Under the pieces are notes generated by a model that saw nothing but the letters and a program-made list of their open reading frames with translations, was not told where the DNA came from and did no database searches. DNA of 56,269 nt, from positions 1-56,269 of the IMG/VR virus record IMGVR_UViG_3300016263_000241; one strand, given 5' to 3'. This DNA comes from a virus (taxonomy: Duplodnaviria; Caudoviricetes). This document shows positions 34,870-44,020 of the stretch, piece after piece (positions within the stretch are counted from its first letter, which is position 1; every line of letters begins with the position of its first letter). The position numbers and the translations under genes were made by a program.

Positions 34870-37814
34870 TGGCGCGAGATGTCACCGTAAAACTGAGCAA
34901 TGGCGAAACCCTTATTTACAAGGGCGTCCCTAGAGACGTAACGCCTGATCAAATTGCAGCCAAAGCGAAAGCTGATGGTGGCGCTGACGTTGTTGAGATT
35001 GATGGCGGTGACAGGTCTCAAGGTGAGCCTGCGCCTGAAGCGCCTGCTGCACCCAAAAAGCCCTCTGGGCCGGATACCGCTGGGTTCCAAAAGGAGCTGG
35101 GTGCCTATTATCAGGGCCTCAAGGGCAAGCCGCTCGACACGTCTGTAATCTCGTCTTTGGCTGAGAAATATCAGGTTGGCACCCCGCTAAACCTTGAGGA
35201 CATTGAGGCTTTTTACACAAAGACTGGTCGCCTCAATCCGCAGGTGTTGATGACGGGGCCGAAAGCACCAGCTCCTGCGGCTGAAGATCCAAATATGATT
35301 GTCGCCACAGTCCCCAAGGCTGGCGATATGACGCAGCGCGCCCGCGCCTTTGGTAAGGGCCTGCTTTTTGACTTTGCTGATGAGCTTGAAGCTGCTGGCC
35401 GCATGGTTGCCAGTGGCGAGCTGAGCGCTGACGAATACTATAAGATCAAAGATCAGATTAACGCTGACTATCAGAATTGGGCCAAGGCCAACCCCGGCGA
35501 AGCGCTTGGTTTGGAAGTTGGTGGCGGCATTGCGGGTGCCTTTATCCCCGGCCTTGGCGCTATCGGAACAGGCATGCGCGGCGCTCGTGCTGCTGAAGCC
35601 GCTGGCAGCGTTGCATTGCAGGGCGTCCGCTCCGGCGCGATTACTGGCGGTCTTTCAGGCCTTGGACAGGCCGAAACTATGTCGCCGGGCGATATTATCC
35701 CATCATTGGCCATGGGTGTTGGCACGGGCGGCATTTTTGGCGGAACGTTTGCAAAGGGCGCTGAGCTCGGAGGCCGTGGCTTTGCCGCAGCGCGTGACGC
35801 TATCTTGCGCCGCATGGGCCGCCAAACAGGCGATGCTGTTGATCGCCGCGTGGCAGAGGTTCTGTATGGCAGCACACAATCGCCTGAGCGCGCTATCGGC
35901 CAGACTATCCGGTCAGGCAAATATAATGTCCCGACACCTTTGGGCCTTGCCAATCCCGAACTAGCCGCGCTGACTGAAAGGGTTCTTGCTAAGCCCACCG
36001 TAAGTCGTGAAGGCCGCGAGGCATTGGCGACGCAAATTGCCGAGACGCAGGGTGATGCGAGCAAGCGCGTGCAAGAGCAGGTTCAGGAGGCGCTTCCCGG
36101 CGCGAAGGATTACTTTGATGCCGAGGATGCCATTACGGCAAACCTGCGTAGGATTGGCGACACCGAATACAAAAAAGCTTTTGATGTTGGTGTGGTGAAC
36201 GACAGAGAGCTGATCAACCTTGCCAATAATCCAGAATTGAGCAGCATCTGGGCAAAGGCGCAGCGTCTCGCACGTCTTGAAGGGCGCGAGCTGCCGATCA
36301 AAATGGAGGCCGTCGTCAACGAGGCTGGCGATACAGTTGGCCTGCGTGCGACAGATCAGACCATTCCCGACGTGCAGTCTCTGCACTACCTCAAGCGTGC
36401 GCTGGATGACACGATTGACGCAGGCTTCCGTGGTAGTGCGGGTGTCGGTAAGGCGGAGGCCTCGGTTCTCAAAGAGAGCATCCGCAACCCGCTCGTCGCT
36501 CGCCTTGACAAGATCGTCCCTGAGTACGCCGAAGCCCGCAAGCTTTACGCTGGGGATTTGGAAGTCCGCGACGCGCTACGCCTTGGACGCGACATTATGA
36601 AAGGCAAGCTGCGTTCGCAGCAACTTGCGCGCGAAGTGAACGGCATTCCGGGCAAGAAAAACCCCATGTCTGACGCTGAACGTGAGGCGCTTAGGACGGG
36701 TGCTCGACAGTCCATCTTTGAGCCGCTGGAAGATGCCGCGACCAATCGCAACTTTGCGCAGCGCCTGCGTGGCATTCGCGGTGACAGCGATACCATGGCG
36801 AAGCTCAAGCTGGTTATGGAGCCGCAAGAGTTCCGGTTCTTTGACCGCGCGCTGAAGCTTGAGGATGAGCTCTTCAAGCGTGGCTCCAAGGTTATGGGCG
36901 GATCGCGCACTGTGCCGCTGTCGCAAGGCCTGCAAACGCTGGACGACATGATCAGCGGCGGGAACATTTCTCAGGCGGTCGATTTTGTCTTGGCTCCTAC
37001 TCCGGGTCGCATTGCAACACTCGCGCGCTGGGTCGCAAACCTGAACCCCGGCAAAGAGTTTGGCGACAAGGTCTACACACGACTGAGCCAAGTTCTGTCG
37101 GCTAAAAATCCTGATGAGTTGATCGGCGTCTTGGACATGCTGGCTCGTAGCCGCAGCTATGGTGCTTACATGGCTAAGGTCAAGGATGCTGCAACTGGCA
37201 TTGTGGCTGGCGTCTCAGGCAACGTGGCACCGACGATCACTGAAAATAAAAGCGTGATCAACCCGCCGCGCGTTACGGTGGGAGAGCCGGGTGCGCAAGC
37301 CGCTGGTGAAGACGTTGTCGAAGCCGCTAAGCGCGCAATTGATCTGAACCCGGAAGACAATGCTGGCCTTGTGACCGCCCTTCCAACGGAGGTAGCCGAC
37401 GAAGGCAATCCCCCTTTTAGCGATGGCAAAGCCTCTGTAGCCGAGCGCAATAACAATCCGGGCAACCTGATCGTCTCTGCATGGACCAAGACGCTTCCGG
37501 GCTACATTGGTCCGGGTGAGGGCAAAAATGAGCAGGGCATTCCGTTTGCCAAGTTTGGCAGCATGCAGGCTGGCAAGGACGCTAAGATCCGCCTGATCGT
37601 CAACAAGGTTAACAAGGGTTATCAAACGCCTCGTGCGCTTGTTAAAAGCTGGCTGAGCCCAACAAATGCTCGCGCCAATCCGAAGGTCTTCAATAACTAC
37701 GTTGATTACGTTGCCAGCCGCGTAGGGATTGGTCCTAACGACAAGATCTCGCAAAACGATATTCAGCGGGTAGCGCAGGCGATCTACGAGTTTGAGAGTG
37801 GCGATAGGCCGTAA
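34869..37814 (+). CDS. Large ejection protein with C-terminal lysozyme-like domain
   Basis: Gly-rich TM region; RNNNPGNL..FAKF..YVDYVA..AIYEFES. Confidence 0.75.
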   Translation: MARDVTVKLSNGETLIYKGVPRDVTPDQIAAKAKADGGADVVEIDGGDRSQGEPAPEAPAAPKKPSGPDTAGFQKELGAYYQGLKGKPLDTSVISSLAEKYQVGTPLNLEDIEAFYTKTGRLNPQVLMTGPKAPAPAAEDPNMIVATVPKAGDMTQRARAFGKGLLFDFADELEAAGRMVASGELSADEYYKIKDQINADYQNWAKANPGEALGLEVGGGIAGAFIPGLGAIGTGMRGARAAEAAGSVALQGVRSGAITGGLSGLGQAETMSPGDIIPSLAMGVGTGGIFGGTFAKGAELGGRGFAAARDAILRRMGRQTGDAVDRRVAEVLYGSTQSPERAIGQTIRSGKYNVPTPLGLANPELAALTERVLAKPTVSREGREALATQIAETQGDASKRVQEQVQEALPGAKDYFDAEDAITANLRRIGDTEYKKAFDVGVVNDRELINLANNPELSSIWAKAQRLARLEGRELPIKMEAVVNEAGDTVGLRATDQTIPDVQSLHYLKRALDDTIDAGFRGSAGVGKAEASVLKESIRNPLVARLDKIVPEYAEARKLYAGDLEVRDALRLGRDIMKGKLRSQQLAREVNGIPGKKNPMSDAEREALRTGARQSIFEPLEDAATNRNFAQRLRGIRGDSDTMAKLKLVMEPQEFRFFDRALKLEDELFKRGSKVMGGSRTVPLSQGLQTLDDMISGGNISQAVDFVLAPTPGRIATLARWVANLNPGKEFGDKVYTRLSQVLSAKNPDELIGVLDMLARSRSYGAYMAKVKDAATGIVAGVSGNVAPTITENKSVINPPRVTVGEPGAQAAGEDVVEAAKRAIDLNPEDNAGLVTALPTEVADEGNPPFSDGKASVAERNNNPGNLIVSAWTKTLPGYIGPGEGKNEQGIPFAKFGSMQAGKDAKIRLIVNKVNKGYQTPRALVKSWLSPTNARANPKVFNNYVDYVASRVGIGPNDKISQNDIQRVAQAIYEFESGDRP

Positions 37815-37832
37815 AATAGGATAAAAGCATCC

Positions 37833-38396
37833 ATGCCCAACAAACTCTCTGTCCGCAAAGAAGCCACGATGAGCCCGTTTAACGTGCCCAACGCTGGGCG
37901 CACGTTTGCGCAGGGCCTGACATTTGGGTTTAGCGATGAGATGGAAGCTGCCATTCGTGCGGCCGCGCAGGGAGATCCGGCGCGCTATCGGGCAATTGTG
38001 AACCAAATCCGCGCGCAACAAGAGCGTTATGCAAAAGACAACCCCAAGGCTGCATTAGGTCTGGAGATGGCTGGCATCCTTGGTGGTGCGCTTGCAACCC
38101 CTCAGGTGGCCGCTGCAAAGGCTCTGGGGCCTTTGGGTAGGTTTATTGTTGGTGGGGCTGAAGATGCGGCTCAGGGCGCTCTGTACGCCGCTGGGCAGGC
38201 TAAGGACATTCGAGACATTCCTCGCTCGATCAAGGAGGAGGCACCTGTCAACGCCGCTTTCTACACTGGGGCGGCTGGCGCTGGCGCTGGGGCAAAGGCT
38301 GTCGGTCGTGCTGCTGCAAAGCCGATCCTGTCTACGCAACGCGGATACAATACGGCTCTGAAACTACAACAGCTTCTGTCTAAATTGGGGAGGTAA
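37833..38396 (+). CDS. Stand-alone paralogue of the membrane domain of the large ejection protein
   Basis: AQGLTFGFSDEMEAA..AKDNPKAALGLE versus GKGLLFDFADELEAA..AKANPGEALGLE. Confidence 0.7.
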   Translation: MPNKLSVRKEATMSPFNVPNAGRTFAQGLTFGFSDEMEAAIRAAAQGDPARYRAIVNQIRAQQERYAKDNPKAALGLEMAGILGGALATPQVAAAKALGPLGRFIVGGAEDAAQGALYAAGQAKDIRDIPRSIKEEAPVNAAFYTGAAGAGAGAKAVGRAAAKPILSTQRGYNTALKLQQLLSKLGR

Positions 38397-38398
38397 GT

Positions 38399-40171
38399 GT
38401 GGCAAAGAGCCCCCGACGCCGGATCGTTGACTTTGCCATTCGCGCCCTTCCTGACGCGATTGAGGACGATGCACGACGCATTTTAGGCCTTGAGGTAAAG
38501 CGCACAGCCCGTGCTGCGCCTAAGGCCCTCCCAGCGCCCCCTAAGCCCCTTGCGCTGCCAGCTCCGGGTCCGGGGCTGCCTCCGCTTGCGTCGAAACCTC
38601 GTGGCGGCCAGTGGTGGGCTGACCGGGAGATTGCTGGTGTTAATTCATCTCCAGAAGCAATCGCGCGTAAGCAGGCTGGGGATGTTGGCTACCGTTTTCT
38701 GGAATGGCAACCTGACGATGATTACGGCCTTGTGTCGTTGCAAGTTCCAGACATTCCAAAAGAGCAGTTTAAGGTACAAGACTGGCTGGCGCGTGCATTG
38801 GCTAAATATTACAAAAATGACTTTGGCGCGCCGGATGATCCCTTGCGTGGACTAGCCGAGCGCGGGCTTCATTATGACCCAGACATGACGCCTGAAAAAT
38901 GGAATGCGACGGTCAACTCTTACCTCATGGAAGATCCAATCCAGAGCATCCTTTTCCCACCCAATTTGCAAGGCGGTATGCCCGGAGCTGGCAGCGATTT
39001 GCGCGGAGAGACGTTGGCCGCAATGCCTTGGTTGGCCAAGCAACCAGTTACGGAGAAGGTATACGGTATCAGTGGCGGCCTCGACCTTGAGCACTTTGCT
39101 GATGAGTTTTACAACGCACTACACCCCGAGGTGTCGGGCTTGCCGATGAGCCTTGCGGTCCGCCCCGAAAGCCTTGATCGCATGACATTTGCGCAGGCGG
39201 CGGAGCACGTCGGCAAGATCAACCAATATCGTGCCAAGGAAATGCAGAGGGCTGCTCTGGCGGCGCAAGATAGCCCGGCGGTATGGCCTTACAAAACCTA
39301 TTCTGAAAACAACCCGCGCGGCTTACGCTGGGTTGAGTTGAAAGCACCTGAGAACGTCGAGAACCTACTCGACGACGCTGATCGTGAGCGCCTCAGCCTT
39401 GCAGCCCAAGAGGGTCGCCTTAATCCGCAAGACAAAGAAACTATCCTGAGAGTACGCGCACAGCGCGCCCTTGAGGATGCCCTTAAATACGAAGGCGACA
39501 CAATGGGCCACTGCGTTGGTGGTTATTGCCCCGACGTTATGTCAGGCCGCAGCCGCATCTTCTCCCTGCGTGATGCCAAGGGTGAGCCGCATGTGACGAT
39601 TGAGACGCAGCGGGGTTTATCGCCTATACAAGACTTACCCTACGATCAAATTCCGGAAGACTTGCAATCCGCATATCAAAACTACACCGTTAGTCCGATA
39701 CGCGAGACATCACATATTACGACAGGGTTCCCCGGATGGCTTCGTAAAAATGACCCGGATTTGTTTGAGCGTTATTCAGAATTGCTAACGCCTTCCGAAA
39801 ACATCATCCAGATCAAGGGCAAACAAAACCGCGCCCCCAAGGACGACTATCTTCCCTTCGTGCAGGACTTCGTGAAGAGCCAGCAATTCGGCAACGTCGG
39901 CGATCTGGCCAACACTGGCCTCGTTCGCTTGCCTGACGGACGGTATCTGACGCATGATCAGATGGACGAAATCATCCGCAATGAAAGCCTCGACGATAGG
40001 TATCAGTCCTATGATTTCAATGCACGAGGCTTCCCACGTGATCCGGCATATATGGACCCAGAAGATTGGGCTCAATTCCAGCGTCACTTCGAGGGCTACG
40101 CAATTGGTGGCCGTGTAGACGCAGACCGTTGTTTCTGTCATAATCCCCTCAGTGTGAAAAAGGGTCGGTAG
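38399..40171 (+). CDS. Putative injected effector with PcfJ-like domain
   Basis: LKYEGDTMGHCVGGY..IFSLRD..PHVTIE..IIQIKGKQN. Confidence 0.75.
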   Translation: MAKSPRRRIVDFAIRALPDAIEDDARRILGLEVKRTARAAPKALPAPPKPLALPAPGPGLPPLASKPRGGQWWADREIAGVNSSPEAIARKQAGDVGYRFLEWQPDDDYGLVSLQVPDIPKEQFKVQDWLARALAKYYKNDFGAPDDPLRGLAERGLHYDPDMTPEKWNATVNSYLMEDPIQSILFPPNLQGGMPGAGSDLRGETLAAMPWLAKQPVTEKVYGISGGLDLEHFADEFYNALHPEVSGLPMSLAVRPESLDRMTFAQAAEHVGKINQYRAKEMQRAALAAQDSPAVWPYKTYSENNPRGLRWVELKAPENVENLLDDADRERLSLAAQEGRLNPQDKETILRVRAQRALEDALKYEGDTMGHCVGGYCPDVMSGRSRIFSLRDAKGEPHVTIETQRGLSPIQDLPYDQIPEDLQSAYQNYTVSPIRETSHITTGFPGWLRKNDPDLFERYSELLTPSENIIQIKGKQNRAPKDDYLPFVQDFVKSQQFGNVGDLANTGLVRLPDGRYLTHDQMDEIIRNESLDDRYQSYDFNARGFPRDPAYMDPEDWAQFQRHFEGYAIGGRVDADRCFCHNPLSVKKGR

Positions 40172-40173
40172 CC

Positions 40174-42207
40174 ATGGCTAAAAGTGCAAAACGCCAAGTA
40201 GTTGAGGGGTTGGCCGATCTTATCTCTGAATATGGCAAGCCATTCGTCAACCGCGTGATAAATGCGCTTGGAGCTGATGTTGACGCTGCAACCGCCAGAA
40301 AAGCCGTTCAGCGCGAGGCAAAAAAGGCAGCCGCAAAACCAGCAAAGCCACAGCGCGGCATTTTGAACACGCCCGATTTGCGCAAGATGGACACAAAGCA
40401 GGCCATCAAGACGGCGAAAACAGAACCTCACCTCATTAAGGACAAGTCTGGCCAATACGTTGGCGCGCCACGCGGTATGTCCTCTCCCTTAGCTGTGAAG
40501 GAAATGCGCAAAAGCTTTGATGAGGATGTGGCCACTGGTGCCGAGGGTGGCGATTGGTACACCCGTGCCCGCGCCACCAATCAAGAGTGGGCTGGCCCAG
40601 ATCCTGCACGGCAGCGTCTAATCGCTCGGGAGCAAGCTTTGTGGTCCGCGCAAGCAACCCCAGATACCAACATGAATTTTGCTCTACAGGGGCATAACGC
40701 GTATGAAATGGGCTCGCCGCTCGACAAGGTTCGCACTGGTCAACAGGCGCGCACCTATCAGCAGGCGCGCGATATGGGCGTTGACATCCCGCTGGGTAAA
40801 AAGACCGGCATTTACGGCGAGCATCTCGACCCGACTATCCCTCACGCAACCACCGGCACAAATGACATTTGGCACGCTCGCGGCTTTGGCTACACTAACA
40901 GCGACGGCGGCGTATTTTCACGCGCACTATCACCCCAAGAGCATCGTTTCCTTGATTATGAAACCATGCTTGCTGTGGATCGCGCCAATACATCTGGCCT
41001 AGCCGGTCGATCAGACTGGGGCGCACACGAGATCCAAGCCGCGCCATGGGTTGCCGGTAAGGGCCGCGCACTTGCAGAGCGCAAATTTAAAAAGGGCCGG
41101 TTCTTTAAGCCAGAGCCCGGTCCAAATGGCGGCCCCGGTCTTGACGATGAAGCTGCGCGTGAGCTGACACCCGACGAACTGGCTTGGGGCATCTCGGAAG
41201 CTTCAAAAACATATCCCGATTACGCGGGTAAATATACGGCTTACGGCACCAGTGAGCGCGTGCCTTATGTTGGCTCCGGTCAACTTTCAGACATTGTAGG
41301 GGGCGATGACGCCCTTAGGGCGGCCTACAGCAGCGATCCGAGAGCTTCTTGGTCACCAGAGGGCCGGGACATCCTTATCGACGCTCTGGGAGGCTACCAG
41401 CGGGCTCCATTGGAGGCTACGGGCTTTTACACACCGCCCGGCGGGGTGCTGGAGATCAATCCGGCTACTGTGACGCGCCCCTTGGTTGGTATCACCGAAG
41501 GTGGTGTCGATCCTGCATCGCGCGGCATGATGGATGTTTCTGAGGCTGTGCGTGCATACATTGATGCTCAAGGCTCGGGCGCATGGCATAAGACCATGGC
41601 CAACGCCAAGCCGGGTGAAATGGGATCTGTGTTCATTCCTATGGAAGGCAAGACGAGTGGGGATCTGCTCGTGGCCCTGCGTGAACTGAGTAAAGACTAT
41701 GGGCTCCCCGATGTCGTGGATACGGGTCAGGGTATTACGCTCACAAACTTCGATCCTGACGTTGGACCTCCAAGCGGTGCTGCGATGGGTAAGGCTCTAA
41801 AGGGTGATCTTGGTCGCCAAATTGCTGAGCTCACCGGATCTTCGCCTATGCGCGTCAAGATCGACAGTGGCTATCTGCCGACGTTTGAGCTGGAAAAGAC
41901 GCCCGGATCTGGTGTTGTCACGAGCAACCTGCGCGACATGCTGTCAAAGTATCCTGAGGCGGTTCTGCAAAAGCTTGATGAGAACGAAGCCCTCCGTCAG
42001 CGCGCCTTGTCTGGCGCTGAGCTCGATGAGGAAATGGCCTCAAAGGGATACGGCGAGGCACGGGAAGACATCCAGCGCGCTCGCCGCATCATTGGTGAAA
42101 AGGGCTTCAAAGGTCTTTTTGATGCTCTTGATCGTGGTGTTGTTCTGCCGGGTCTTGCTGGCTTGATGGCAACTTACGGTCTGACGGACGGCGAGGAACG
42201 CTACTAA
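40174..42207 (+). CDS. Putative injected effector with HhH-GPD-glycosylase-like domain
   Basis: DWY..ALWSAQ..N..KT..TNDIWHAR..QAAPW motif series. Confidence 0.6.
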   Translation: MAKSAKRQVVEGLADLISEYGKPFVNRVINALGADVDAATARKAVQREAKKAAAKPAKPQRGILNTPDLRKMDTKQAIKTAKTEPHLIKDKSGQYVGAPRGMSSPLAVKEMRKSFDEDVATGAEGGDWYTRARATNQEWAGPDPARQRLIAREQALWSAQATPDTNMNFALQGHNAYEMGSPLDKVRTGQQARTYQQARDMGVDIPLGKKTGIYGEHLDPTIPHATTGTNDIWHARGFGYTNSDGGVFSRALSPQEHRFLDYETMLAVDRANTSGLAGRSDWGAHEIQAAPWVAGKGRALAERKFKKGRFFKPEPGPNGGPGLDDEAARELTPDELAWGISEASKTYPDYAGKYTAYGTSERVPYVGSGQLSDIVGGDDALRAAYSSDPRASWSPEGRDILIDALGGYQRAPLEATGFYTPPGGVLEINPATVTRPLVGITEGGVDPASRGMMDVSEAVRAYIDAQGSGAWHKTMANAKPGEMGSVFIPMEGKTSGDLLVALRELSKDYGLPDVVDTGQGITLTNFDPDVGPPSGAAMGKALKGDLGRQIAELTGSSPMRVKIDSGYLPTFELEKTPGSGVVTSNLRDMLSKYPEAVLQKLDENEALRQRALSGAELDEEMASKGYGEAREDIQRARRIIGEKGFKGLFDALDRGVVLPGLAGLMATYGLTDGEERY

Positions 42208-42307
42208 AAGAGACAACGCCGTCTGTGCGGCGGTAAATCTCTAACTGCTCTTCTTCGGTATATGGGGGCTCCAAAAGGAACCCCCAATCTGTTTTTACTA
42301 TCGGCAT
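42107..42307 (-). CDS. Small protein overlapping the 3' end of the effector gene in antisense
   Basis: TGATG coupling to the upstream gene; EPPYTEEEQLEIYRR. Confidence 0.55.
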   Translation of the reverse strand: MPIVKTDWGFLLEPPYTEEEQLEIYRRTDGVVSFSSVPRRPSDRKLPSSQQDPAEQHHDQEHQKDL

Positions 42308-42507
42308 CAATTAACCTCTTCATATTCGTAAGCCAGCCCATAAGGGCGCTCAACGCGATTGCCCAAGCTGTCGGTGTTGTATTGGCGGCACAATTCTCGT
42401 GCCCCCTCTTCGCTGGCCGTCCACGCTACGTGCGTCTTACGACCGATGCCCGGCTCGGTGCATTTAGCGTCTTTCCACCAGCGACGTTTGAATACTTGAT
42501 ATGCCAT
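42307..42507 (-). CDS. Hypothetical early protein
   Basis: GAGGG RBS; YQVFKRRWWK..EEGARELC. Confidence 0.7.
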   Translation of the reverse strand: MAYQVFKRRWWKDAKCTEPGIGRKTHVAWTASEEGARELCRQYNTDSLGNRVERPYGLAYEYEEVN

Positions 42508-42509
42508 GT

Positions 42510-42716
42510 TTAACCCCTCACAATGATAAGCTTGCCGCTGTTGATTGCGGACTGAACGAGATCCTGCTCTGCCCAGACTTGGTCTAAGTCATAGTCAAAG
42601 TCTTTGGCTTCCTTGCGTGCCCGAGCGATGCCGTCCTCTGCCGGACCCCACCACGTAAAGCACTTCATGACGTTGCCGTTGGTTTTGCGGCCCCAGATTG
42701 TCCAATGCTGAACCAT
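42510..42716 (-). CDS. Hypothetical early protein
   Basis: AAGGAGG RBS before MVQHWTIW. Confidence 0.65.
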   Translation of the reverse strand: MVQHWTIWGRKTNGNVMKCFTWWGPAEDGIARARKEAKDFDYDLDQVWAEQDLVQSAINSGKLIIVRG

Positions 42717-42726
42717 GATAGCCTCC

Positions 42727-42900
42727 TTAAAAGTTCCATGGGGTTGCGTTGAGATCCTTGGCCCACTTGCGCGCCGAACGCTTGCCACGCGGGATGACGA
42801 TTTCATCGACTTGCTCACGAACACCGTTGCCGATGTTCTCGATGACCAGCACGGCGTATTGGCCGCTGCGATAGTCGTAGTAAGATGCTGCACGAACCAT
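42727..42900 (-). CDS. Hypothetical early protein
   Basis: AAGGAG RBS; GKRSARKWAKDLNATPWNF. Confidence 0.65.
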   Translation of the reverse strand: MVRAASYYDYRSGQYAVLVIENIGNGVREQVDEIVIPRGKRSARKWAKDLNATPWNF

Positions 42901-42911
42901 TTGAGTTCTCC

Positions 42912-43121
42912 TTATGCAAAGACCGACCAAGGCTGCGGGAAGTGGTTCTCCGCGCCTGCGTTGTTCAACCATTCCTGCGTCAGAGCGGGATTGGCACCCT
43001 TCACGTAGAGGCGGCCGCCAACGTACCAGCGAAGCTGAATGCCACGGCGCGTCTGGACATAGCGCGCGGTGCGCTTGCCGACCGGCGTGAAGTCATAACC
43101 TGTGTCGATAGTGATCTGCAT
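42912..43121 (-). CDS. Hypothetical early protein
   Basis: GGAGAC RBS after hairpin leader. Confidence 0.7.
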   Translation of the reverse strand: MQITIDTGYDFTPVGKRTARYVQTRRGIQLRWYVGGRLYVKGANPALTQEWLNNAGAENHFPQPWSVFA

Positions 43122-43191
43122 GTCGCGTCTCCATTTTGTGGGCCATCGGCCCTGACAAAGCCCTCCTACGCGCTGTATTTACCTTTGTAAA
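43122..43191 (-). promoter_or_regulatory. Early promoter plus hairpin leader (copy A)
   Basis: TTTACA-N17-TAGGAG; GGGCC-gat-GGCCC-ACA-aaat-GGAGAC. Confidence 0.6.
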
Positions 43192-43192
43192 G

Positions 43193-43417
43193 TTAAAAAA
43201 TGCAATCTTCGTTATATTTTTTGAGGCGTTCTTTCAAAACGTCGATCTCGTCCATCTGCTCAATAAGCTGCTGGAACATGTCGGCTTTCTGCTTGAGAAG
43301 CTCTTTCAGCCTGTCATGTGCCGCCATAAGCAGGTCATAAGAGACTGCCGCCCCCGGCTGTGTGGCAGCCAAGAGAGCGGCAAGGAGGGCTTCATCTTCC
43401 TGATTGGTCCTGATCAT
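43193..43417 (-). CDS. Hypothetical coiled-coil protein
   Basis: ATGA overlap with 43414..43647. Confidence 0.6.
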   Translation of the reverse strand: MIRTNQEDEALLAALLAATQPGAAVSYDLLMAAHDRLKELLKQKADMFQQLIEQMDEIDVLKERLKKYNEDCIF

Positions 43418-43647
43418 TTGCTTTTCTTTACCATACGCCCCGTCTTCGGATCTCGAGGCTGAGTGTTTTCCATGAGGTAGCGGACATCCCTGCGCAACAT
43501 CTCGTTTTCCCTTCTCAGGGATGCGTTGAGGATCTGAAGCTTCTGGATCTCCAAGGTGCCTTGCTTGCGGTGCTCCGCGCAAAGGTTCAGCTCCTCATTG
43601 AGTTCCTTCAAGCGCTTTGTGTTCTCAAAGATATTCCACCACCCCAT
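43414..43647 (-). CDS. Hypothetical coiled-coil protein ending RDPKTGRM
   Basis: GAGGAG RBS. Confidence 0.65.
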   Translation of the reverse strand: MGWWNIFENTKRLKELNEELNLCAEHRKQGTLEIQKLQILNASLRRENEMLRRDVRYLMENTQPRDPKTGRMVKKSK

Positions 43648-43658
43648 GTCTCATCTCC

Positions 43659-44018
43659 TCAAAATGGAACGTCGTCCGATAGATCGTCAAACGCAGGAGC
43701 GGCCGGTCGGCTCTCAGCCTTGGGCGCGCCAATAAAATTAACGTGATTTGCGTCGGCCACGTCAACATCAAAGCTTGGCTTACCTTGGTATTCGCTAACT
43801 TTAAGGTTGCCCATGGCAATAACCGTCACGCCCTTTACGGCCTTGGGGAGTAGTGTCTGGGCCATCTTGCCCCACACCTGCACCCGGTACCAGTTGGTTG
43901 ACGTGTTATCGCCATAACCCTGCTTTACGCCGACAGAAAACGACAGCACGTCACGGCCGCGCACCTCTTTAACGGTACCATCCTTGCCGACGTTTCCTTT
44001 AATTGTGATTACCTGCAT
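43659..44018 (-). CDS. ssb: Single-stranded DNA-binding protein
   Basis: GNVGKD, FSVGV, TNWYRVQVWG, acidic tail DDLSDDVPF. Confidence 0.9.
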   Translation of the reverse strand: MQVITIKGNVGKDGTVKEVRGRDVLSFSVGVKQGYGDNTSTNWYRVQVWGKMAQTLLPKAVKGVTVIAMGNLKVSEYQGKPSFDVDVADANHVNFIGAPKAESRPAAPAFDDLSDDVPF

Positions 44019-44020
44019 GA

